64,000 nucleotides of DNA from Chrysomallon squamiferum (taxonomy: Eukaryota; Animalia; Mollusca). The stretch lies in contig CM022679.1 in assembly GCA_012295275.1 (NCBI GenBank), positions 7,688,001-7,752,000 of the forward strand, read 5' to 3'. Below the pieces are notes generated by a model. It saw nothing but the letters and a program-made list of their open reading frames with translations, ran no database searches and was not told the origin of the DNA. Below are positions 27,225-36,586 of the stretch, piece after piece. Numbering within the stretch: the first letter of the stretch is position 1; the number at the start of each line of letters is the position of its first letter. The position numbers and the translations under genes are program-made.

Positions 27225-27800
27225 TTAACATCAGAATGAATGTAGACATATAATATGCAATATTGCCAGAGGCTTTGATTACAGATATAGGTTCAGCTGC
27301 AATATTGCTTACTGTGAGCGTTTGACATCAGAATGATTATTTCATGTATATACTTCTACAATATATTGTTATGATGAAGGTTTCGCATCAGAATGAATAT
27401 ACATGTATAATATGCAATATTTCTTATTATCATGAGTGTTTAACATCAAAATGAATATACATGTACAGTATGCATTATTGCTTGTTAGGATGAAGGTTTC
27501 ACGTCCAGAATGAATATGCATCTGTAATATGCAGTATTGCTTACTGCAGGGTTTTGACACAGATGCATGTACAGTGTGCAGTATAGCTTATTTCCACAAA
27601 GGTTTGACCATACATACATGTATAATAATGCTTATCACGAGGGTTTGACAAATAGAATACACATGCGTGAAGCTCAGCATTGCTTATGAAGGTTTTGTAT
27701 TGTAAAAAATTCACCTCTGTAATGTTCAGTATTGTTTCTTATCTCGAGGGTTTGACATCAGAATGAAAGTACCTGTGTAATATGCAATATTGCTTGTGTC
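27225..27800. repeat. Degenerate minisatellite, about 59-bp period, about 10 copies
   Basis: Consensus approximately GGTTTGACATCAGAATGAATATACATGTATAATATGCAATATTGCTTATTATGA. CATCAGAATG-like anchors occur at 27326, 27386, 27444 and 27503. Confidence 0.85.
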
Positions 27801-27825
27801 TATCTGGCATAATGTATTCATTAAT

Positions 27826-27857
<32 letters not shown>

Positions 27858-29364
27858 GTGGAGTAAGCTTGTACTGTAATGTTTAATTCAGATTTTGATA
27901 GATTTTATTTTCATAGTATTATTTAATTTTTTATTTTTTTTATTATTATTAAAACATTTAATAATGAAAACAAAATTAATGTTTTGTTTAGATCAAGCTA
28001 TGATACAGAATGTTTGAAACTGTTTTGTCTTGGATCTAAACATTTCTGATTTATAATATAACAAATAATAAAACAAATTAAACATTTTTATGAAATCCAA
28101 ACAAAAAATAAAATTCGTCTGCACATAAAATGTGACAATGAATCTTTTTATAAAATACAAATTTTGTTGGTGAATGTTATTAAAATGAGTTGTACTACAA
28201 AAACATTAGATAAAGACATAATACTTTTTTTTTTTTTTTTATTATATTATAAAAAGAAAAATTCTCTTCTTTTTTTCTTTCTACCAAACAACTAGATTCT
28301 GCTTTATTTAATAAAATTAATGATTCTTTATATCATCTTTAAAAAAAAATAATAAAAGGAATTACATAAAATAGTTTTTATATTAGTAGAAATTATTTTT
28401 CTCCTCTAAATGATAATCAATAGATAATTTGCATCTTTGTTGTCATAACACTTTGGTTAACAATGCACGTTGAACATTCATTCATTCCTGCGTTTGATAA
28501 TAATTTAAAAGCAGATTTAACTGATTATATCGGCAGAAACCCTCAGTCATTGTGACCTTGTCAACTCTGAATCATTATTGATGGAAAAAAGTCACTTGTC
28601 CTATCTAGCTGCAGTGTGTAGAATATGCTGTTCTAATGTCTAGCTGTCTGGTAAATACTAAGAGAGAGTTAGCTGTGAGTTGTGTGTGACAATGCACATA
28701 TAGACAGTTATGTTTGCTATTGTGTTTTATTGTTAAACACCATTTCTGTCAATAAATTCATTGAAATACCTAAATTTTGCTGTTGTCAATGTTTATTTTC
28801 TTCTTCCGTTTCTTCTTCTTCTTCTTCTTCTTCTTCTTCTTCTTTTATTATTATTAAGATCATTATTAATTAGTGTTATTATTGTTATTATTATTACTTT
28901 TGTTATTATCTTCATTTTTATAATTATTACTATTATCAGCATCACCACATTATACCAAGTGTTGTAATTATTTTGATAAATCATTTATATTAATGCAAGG
29001 AAATATTTCCATACCAAGTTCTGAATATAAAATAAACCTTAAAAAAGTTGTTTGATATTATTCTCTCAGTTACGTGCAGAATTGATTCATAAATAAGGTG
29101 ATTCTTTACGCACAATTTCTCTTCTGCAAGTGTGTTAACTGCAGGAATCAATTGTTCATCTGACAAGTGATTGATTATTTCCTATCGCAAGTTCTGCTCG
29201 TTCTAGCAGGAAATAATCAATTGTAGAGAAAGTCGTTATGAAAGATCCTTGAATCTAATCATCAGACAGATCTGTGTCAGTGGAGAAGTTCTTAACAACA
29301 CTGTTCTTAGCTCTGATCAAGGCTGTGTCTAGTATTCTTGAAATACTTTTTTTGTATATTAAGA

Positions 29365-29612
29365 ACAGTGGCTGAATGCTCAAAAGGCTGTAAATTGCTG
29401 GGTCAACAGCTATTTCACACATTCCATAAAAGCTGAGATATTTCCTGTCCTGTCTATGGGATGGCGCATAAAATACATCCTTTACTGTTAACAGAGAAGA
29501 GCAACCCATGAAGTAGCAGCAGAAGATATATGTCTCATTATCTAAGTGGTCTTCAACCATTGTGGTCTTTAACCATTAATAAAATGTGTTTGTGTCTTGT
29601 TAAATAAAAGAC
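29365..29612 (+). mobile_element. Degenerate tRNA-derived SINE with conserved central domain
   Basis: TCCTGTCTATGGGATGGCGCATAAAATACATCCTTTACTGTTAACAGAGAAGAGCAACCCATGAAGT...TAAAATGTGTT...GTTAAATAAAA matches, from memory, a widespread molluscan SINE with a Deu/Nin- or Meta-type core. Related fragments occur elsewhere in the window. Confidence 0.7.
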
Positions 29613-29662
29613 GGGGTTTTTTAATGTTTTTTTTACACTGCTTAAAATTTTATTATTTCCTT

Positions 29663-29775
29663 TGAGCTGTAACTCAGTGGTTACAGTATAGGACAGAGAT
29701 GTTGTAGGTCTCGGGATCAATTCTCACTTCTTATCCTGTCTGTGTTTCACTTCTAAAGACTGTGGTATGTGTTTC
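29663..29775 (+). mobile_element. SINE head (tRNA-like A/B boxes) and start of body
   Basis: A-box-like TAACTCAGTGG, B-box-like GGATCAATTCTC, then AAAGACTGTGGTATGTG. Confidence 0.55.
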
Positions 29776-30006
29776 TTTAATCATATATAATAAATAACAC
29801 ATAAAATCAGAATCAGGTTGTATTTATTATTTCATATAATGCCATATAACTCTCTTCTCTATGCAAAGAAAAGAAATATTTGAATTGTAAATATCTCTGC
29901 TATTTTATTTTTATTTGTATTTTCTCAGTACACAAATTCAGCAAATTAATTTCTTTATTCTTCTTAAAAATTCCATCAACATGTCAAGTCAGAATCTGTT
30001 ATTTCT

Positions 30007-30007
<1 letters not shown>

Positions 30008-30105
<98 letters not shown>
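30008..30105. repeat. (CT)n microsatellite, about 45 units
   Basis: Directly visible. Confidence 0.97.
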
Positions 30106-30953
30106 ACTTTTCACCTAAAACGTTTTATGCACCAGACTTTCAGCAATAAATCTGGCAATGCTGTGGAATGGCCTGATCTGTCTTTACCAGAGCTTACATT
30201 CTGAAGTGCAAACGTGAAGCTAGGCTGGATGGGCCGATCAATAAAAGCAGTGGGCAGTCATCAGCCACACACGACAGATTTCAGCATCCTCAGATTCATC
30301 ACATGCTGTATAAACTGACTGCTTATTGACGTTGACTCAGCTAAAACTGCAGCGATGGCCATCTTCTAAGAGACAACTGTTTTTTGTCCACTGAAAATTT
30401 TAATCATGAAAAGTTACGTACAGTTCCACCTGTTTTTCTTGGTCCATTTCAGAATCTTATTAATTCAGAGGGATCAGGGGTCTTATTTAAAAATAAATAA
30501 ATTTGTTTCAAGAAAGGATTATTTATAAGAATATTGAACTCTTCAGCATTTTTTTTTGTTTATAGTGACGGTCTCGATAGAAATGTTAAATATATCAAAA
30601 ACAAATAAAAATGGAAATTGTCATTGAAGTCTCGGTGAAATAAATGCTAGATTTGTTTCACAAATGTTTAAGTAACAGAGTAAATTATTAACAATATTGT
30701 GAAGATTACAAACAGAACATAAATAAAAGTTTCGGTTCTGTTATGGATTATTTGTGGAAATATTAACTGAGCTGTAAAATACACAAAGCATGTCACCATA
30801 TGTAGCCTTTTTGTAGAACAATAAATGAACAGATGAAGGACAACAGGTGGAGAATTTTTTAAATAAAAATCAATATTTGACACGCACACACACACAGAAA
30901 CACACACACACACATAATTATGTATATGCATATTTGTGTGTGTATTTATATAT

Positions 30954-30984
<31 letters not shown>

Positions 30985-31041
30985 CAGACACACATGCAAC
31001 AATAAAGAATTATAAATACTGATAAACGTATATAAATAAAC

Positions 31042-31084
<43 letters not shown>

Positions 31085-32548
31085 TACATACAAACACCCA
31101 TACATACACTTTATTTCACCTGTAAATCAGAAAGAAACCTCCTTTTTAAAAAAAAAAAAATTTGTTCTAGTTTAATAAATTATGAAATGTCACATGAAAA
31201 AAAATAATAATAAAAATATAAATGATTAGGGACTCAGTCTTTTGAAACATTTGATTTAAATAGATAGCGATGCAATCTGTAATGAGTCATATATATATAT
31301 AAAATATACATTTATTTTTCTAATTTTATTTCCAGTTATCTAAATACTGAGGATGGTTAGTACATTGGACTGAAAATACTGAGGAAAATGAGTTTTAAAA
31401 AATATTGTTATCCAATGTCTGAAAATTTCATCCCAATTCTATAATTAGTATGGGGAGCTAATGTTCATGAGTAGGAACAAATATTCATTCAAAGTTTTAA
31501 CAGCCAAATTAATTTGTTTTAGGCATAATTTTTGACTAGCTGAAAATTGATCTGAACAGTTTATTTTGCAATGGATAATTTACTTTAGGGGAATTTTTTT
31601 TACAGATAGATTTTGTTGTTTACAGTTTATTCCTATATTTAAAATCATGTTTTCTGGCAGTGAATTACATTTATAATTAGTTATCATTGACCTAAAATGA
31701 GTAAAATTTGAGCACTGATGGCATTCTACTTGGACTTGATTTTGTTTATCTACAATAACCAGTGAGAGATTTGACAAGCCAAAAAGTTAAAGTTTCCTTA
31801 ATGGCAGACACCAATGTGTTTTATGAGAAACCATGTGTCAGTACTTATAAAATTTAGAAGGCCTAAAATATGTACTATATATTATATGTGGGAGATTTTA
31901 AACATCGATGAACAAATTCAGTGGTTAGTAACTTTAACAGTAGAAGCAGTGCATGGGGCTTCAGGTTTAGATTTAAAAGCTGGTGGGGTTGCCTTACCAT
32001 GGTGACACTGAACCCTGTTTTAGACTACTAGCATGGGATTATTTTGGCACTGGGATTATTCACTGAATTATTTTATTGCTTGAGGATATCATGTGCATTC
32101 TGACTGTTTAGTTTTACAATTTTTTTTCTTCCTCACTTTACTGCTTTGTATTTAACTTCATCCAAATTTGCATGTATTTGTTTAAGTAAGTATGCATGTG
32201 TGTATCTGTGTATTTGTGAATGTGTAAATGAATGTTAAAGTTAATTCTGTTACTACACAATTTTTTATTATGTATGTATGTATGTATTAATGTTTATGTT
32301 TGTATGTTTGTGAATATATGTAGGTGAATTTATGTTAAAATTAATTCTATTACTAGACAATTTCCTTGTTGAAACACGTTTAAAATTTAACTTGCTAAAT
32401 ATATATAAACAATCTCTAAATAAAAACAAAAAATAAAATGCATTTAAATAACATTTTATTGAACATAAAAAAAGGCCTTTTTTACATTAGATTCGAAATA
32501 ATGAAATTAAATAACAGTTCATATCATTTTATAATATATTCTCCACAG

Positions 32549-33200
32549 AAGACTCGGTTCAGATCCTCCTATAGGAAGCAGGTCGATCACCCGTGCGCAC
32601 GGGATTTTTATTGCAGGCCACCACTCCAACGTCTTTATTGCAGACCATCACTCCAACGTCTTTATTGCAGACCATCACTCCATCGTCTTTATTGCAGACC
32701 ATCACTCCAACGTCTTTATTGCAGACCATCACTCCAACAGCAAGCAGGTCGATCACCCGTGCCCACATCAACAGTGTTGTGCGTTCAGTCTCCAACCGGA
32801 GCTGTCGGTTCAGATCCCCATTCGATCACCCGTGCCCACATCGAAAGATGGCGCGCACGGGATCAATATTGTTGTGTCTTTAGTCTCCAACCGGAGTCGT
32901 CAGTTCAGATCCCCATTCGATCACCCGTGCCCACATCGAAAGATGGCGCGCACGGGATCAATGTCTTTAGTCTCCAACCGGAGTCGTCAGTTCAGATCCC
33001 CATTCGATCACCCGTGCCCAATCGAAAGATGGCGCCAACGGATTTATTGCAGACAATAACCCCAACGTCTTTATTGCAGACCATAACTCCAACGTCTTTA
33101 TTGCAGACCGTAACTTCAACGTCTTTATTGCAGACCGTAACTCCGACAGAAAGCAGGTAGATTACCCGTGCGCACATACTGTGCCTTCGTTGCTGGCCGT
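32549..33200. repeat. GC-rich compound repeat: 27-bp array x5, three 73-95-bp palindrome-bearing units, 27-bp array x4, punctuated by six GAT(C/T)ACCCGTGC boxes
   Basis: 27-mer TTTATTGCAGACCATCACTCCAACGTC. Boxes at 32585, 32751, 32824, 32919, 33006 and 33160. Perfect palindrome CCCGTGCGCACGGG at 32590-32603. Confidence 0.95.
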
Positions 33201-33265
33201 TTTCTCTTATATATATATATGTACGCTAAGTTTGTAACCATAGCAGCATAAACGCATGACGTAAT
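33178..33265 (-). promoter_or_regulatory. Candidate Pol II core promoter pointing into the compound repeat
   Basis: In minus-strand order: CRE-like TGACGTAA (33257-33264), RFX X-box-like GTAACCATAGCAGC (33234-33247), TATATAAG (33212-33205), and Inr-like CACAGT about 30 nt later (33183-33178). Confidence 0.35.
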
Positions 33266-33369
33266 TTGTCAATAAACAGCGACGGTTAAAACGTGACCTA
33301 TTATTTTACAGCCCATTATTTTCTATTGCTACAGGTGATACCAATTCAACAGTATTAAACAAAAAGCTT

Positions 33370-33401
<32 letters not shown>

Positions 33402-33769
33402 TTTTTTGTTTTTTTCTTTTTTTTTTTTTTTTTTCTGATTTTTTTTTCAAGTGAAAATAAAAAAATAGTTAAATCTGTTAACACCGTGACAGTAACAACT
33501 ATTACAACAACAACTACTACTACTGCTACTGCTACTACTACATGTATTGCTATTATTGGTACTGCTTCATCTGTATCTAGAAATAAAATTTCTGTAATGA
33601 TATTAAAGACCTTTACAATTTGTTCTGTCCCATGTATAACATGTAAGCGAATTACGTCATAATTCTAGCAGACGACAGAAAACCAATTTATACTGATTTT
33701 AATTAATAACAAATCATCACGGCTGAAATTAATTAAACACAAATCCCCAATCCCCCTTCCGCAAATACA

Positions 33770-34400
33770 TAAATAATTACGTCAGATGCTAAATTTGCTG
33801 GATTTAATTGGATAACGAAATCGTCCACATTTTCCTTTAGCTGTTTTTGTTTTGTTTAATTTTGTTTTCAGTTATGTTTTCAAAATGAATATATACATAT
33901 ACTATTGTACATTTTATACTGTTTATTTCTTAATCATAACTAAAAAAAAAACAGAAAACACTGTCAGAAGCAAACTATTGATGCTAAACAGAATAAAAAT
34001 AAAACAAGCACGTGTAAATTTTCTGGTACTTTGAACAATATCAAGAAATTTCACCATTAATATAATTATAGAAATATTCGAAAAGTGTCAGACATAATTA
34101 GAGTTACATCAATTATATATTTTCACATATATCTGAGAATGATGTCGTTTCAGTAGATTTTAACGCGAAACGTTTTCAGCGAAAAAAACACAACTCCTTG
34201 GCGAAGGCCTTGCTCATTGAAGGTGACTTCTTTTACGTCGTAGTGTGTGCTGTCCAATGAAAAGAAAGAATTACGTTAGAGTGAGATGGGATTCAATAAA
34301 GGATTGAAAATCCATTTTCCTGTGATTTTTATTTTGAAATGTTGAAGTTTAGATAGCACACTCTAAGCTTCTGTTCATAATTTTATTTGCGTTGAAATAT

Positions 34401-34430
<30 letters not shown>
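33770..34430 (+). repeat. Paralogous segment copy A (homologous to 61495-62290)
   Basis: Collinear anchors ATTACGTCAGA, CACATTT, ACATTTTATACT, AGATTTTAACG(C/T)GAAA, AGGTGACTTCTTTTACGTCGTAG, CTGTTCATAAT, then (AAT)n. Confidence 0.85.
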
Positions 34431-34433
<3 letters not shown>

Positions 34434-35244
34434 TATTTGTGTGCATGCGATAATGATAAGAATATAATTATGTATACATGCATGTATGTGTATGTAATTA
34501 TATATGTATGCATATATACACACACACACACATGTAACAGTAACCATTCAGAATGTCTAAAAGTGTCTTGTTACATTACTGTTTGAATATGTACATCTAC
34601 GAGAGCATTCTCATTCTAAAATTCATTTATTATTATTATTTTTTTTATTGCTGTTATTTTTATTTATTTCTTTATTTTTTATTTATTTTTAGTATTTTTT
34701 TATTTTTTATTATTTATTTTTAGTTTTTTTTTATTATTTAAAAAAAAAAAAATTCATCTGCTGAGGAAACAAAAACAAAAACAGTTTCATATTTACAAAT
34801 ATTTTATTATCATACATGAAAGATTCAGTTTGTGACCAGTCAGTTCATTTATTCCTATGATAAAGAAACAAATAAAACATGGTAAATAAATAAAAAATAT
34901 GAAGCTGATAATGTTGCATGAATTACAAATGAAATGCATGCATAGATTTTCATTAAACCCTTACTTTCAAGTTTCATTTCATCGTTAATATTCATTTAAT
35001 AATTTTTGAACATTTTTATTTGAATATTATTTTTCATTTATTTTATTTATTTATTTACAAATTTATAATCAAATATTGTAACAAAATGCCAAAGAAATGC
35101 AGGATCTCAGAAAATATTTTGCATATCAGATGTTCAGTCTGCAAGTAATTTTTTCAACCGTCATTATTGTTCATTTTGAAAAGTTTTAATTTCATATTCA
35201 AAGCACATCACAAAGAATAATATAAATCAAAAGTTAATAACAAT

Positions 35245-35300
<56 letters not shown>

Positions 35301-36423
35301 CCAGCAAAAACTTTGAACATCTTTTAGTGACCTTGAAAACCCTGTTACAACATTGTTTGACCTAAAATAAAAAAAAAAATAAAAAACCTGAGACTCCTTA
35401 AGAAATATTTTTTGTACAAATCAAAATTTGTTTAAAATTATTAAATTCTTTCACATTAAAAAAAAACAGTAAAACTTTTACAATATTGGCACAATACAAA
35501 AATACATTTTAACAAAAACCAAACTTGCATCATCTGTAATATATACAAGAAATCATTTTATAATCTGCACCATCCTATAGAATTTTTCCTAAATGTAATT
35601 CAGTTTATAGAAACTAAAGAAAAAAAAAAAAATTCTTTATGTGTTATGGTATAAATTTTTATTTCATAAAATTATAAAAATATTAAATGAAGCCTTTTAC
35701 ATTGTTTTTTTTTTTTTTTTTTTTTTTGCCTTCAAGAAGTGTTTAATTTTACTAAAATAAACTGCAATGAAACACTCTCTCAGTTTGACGTCAACAACAC
35801 ACACATCACAACTACCTGTTCATACCACACAGCCATATTTAAATGATTAAATGAAGTTAGAATAGGGAATGGTTATATAACAATGAATTTGGCAGCTCTG
35901 ACACTGAATCTAGAAACCATTTACAGTTTTTAGAAATGTTTTTGCGGTTGAAGAAAGAACAATCTACATGTAAATATTAAGTAAAAAATATATTTTAAAA
36001 ACGTATGCGAAAATTTACTGATATGCCAGTAGGTATTAAAAACAAACACTTGTACCTGTTTAAAGTGTACAGGTATTTAATGCAGGTGTCAGTTTGGATA
36101 TAATAAAAACACCTGTAGGTAATTATTTAGTACCAACACCTGTAATACATATACATGATACATGATACATCATCACACATCTGTATACAGGGACTCAGAA
36201 TTCACCTGTAAGCAGACTTTGATAATTTGAGATCATAAAGATGTGATGAACATTAACAAGATGGATGACAAATAAATAACAATGATAAATACAGATTAAA
36301 GTTAGCATGACCTGTGCATTGCACACAACAGTAATAAAATATATTGGCGGTTTTTTAGAAAACATTTTGAAATGAAGCTGTGAAATGACATATTTACAAA
36401 TGATAAAATCTTTCTGAAATGAG

Positions 36424-36586
36424 CTGAAGGCAGTGGCATATCAAAGGTATGGCACGTGCCCTAAGCACCATTCGAAAATAGGCACCTTTGAGCAATATTT
36501 TCTATCTATTATGGTAAAGTTGTTGAAAAGATGAGAATGAAATGTTTGAACAGGTCAGTGTGTTATAGATATGCCTCTGTCTTCAG
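36424..36586. mobile_element. MITE-like element with 19-bp terminal inverted repeats
   Basis: CTGAAGGCAGTGGCATATC (36424-36442) versus GATATGCCTCTGTCTTCAG (36568-36586): 17 of 19 positions complementary. Confidence 0.6.

Noticed and set aside
32780-32822. tRNA gene (GGTTCAGATCC B-box-like, anticodon-arm-like stem)
   Set aside because: No acceptor stem or D-arm/A box, and the B box is mismatched. At most a remote tRNA/SINE ancestry.
32810-32965. HDV-like ribozyme (hairpin followed by CGAATGGG on the minus strand)
   Set aside because: No P3/L3 or nested pseudoknot could be built by eye.
32880-32995. Hammerhead ribozyme on the minus strand (CTGACGA followed by the CTCC-GGTT-GGAG stem)
   Set aside because: The stem is followed by ACTA rather than the required GAAA, and the third unit lacks CTGANGA.
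32438-33160. 240-aa plus-strand ORF with mucin-like LLQTITPTS repeats
   Set aside because: The same 27-mer is read in different frames within the ORF, unit spacings are mostly not multiples of 3, and the N-terminus is AT-rich filler. A short MAPTDLLQT... peptide from ATG 33029 cannot be excluded.
32585-33175. CRISPR-like array (palindromic boxes with spacers)
   Set aside because: Spacers vary from about 60 to 150 bp and are themselves repeats of each other. The context is eukaryotic and there are no cas genes.
32319-33333. Solo LTR (TGTAG...CTACA ends)
   Set aside because: No target-site duplication, and the left candidate end lies in unrelated low-complexity sequence.
34140-34240. Conserved in-frame TGA (selenocysteine) in paralog copies A and B (LCFFR*/LCFLP*)
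   Set aside because: The frame differs upstream between copies, copy C lacks the TGA, and no CxxU or SECIS is seen.
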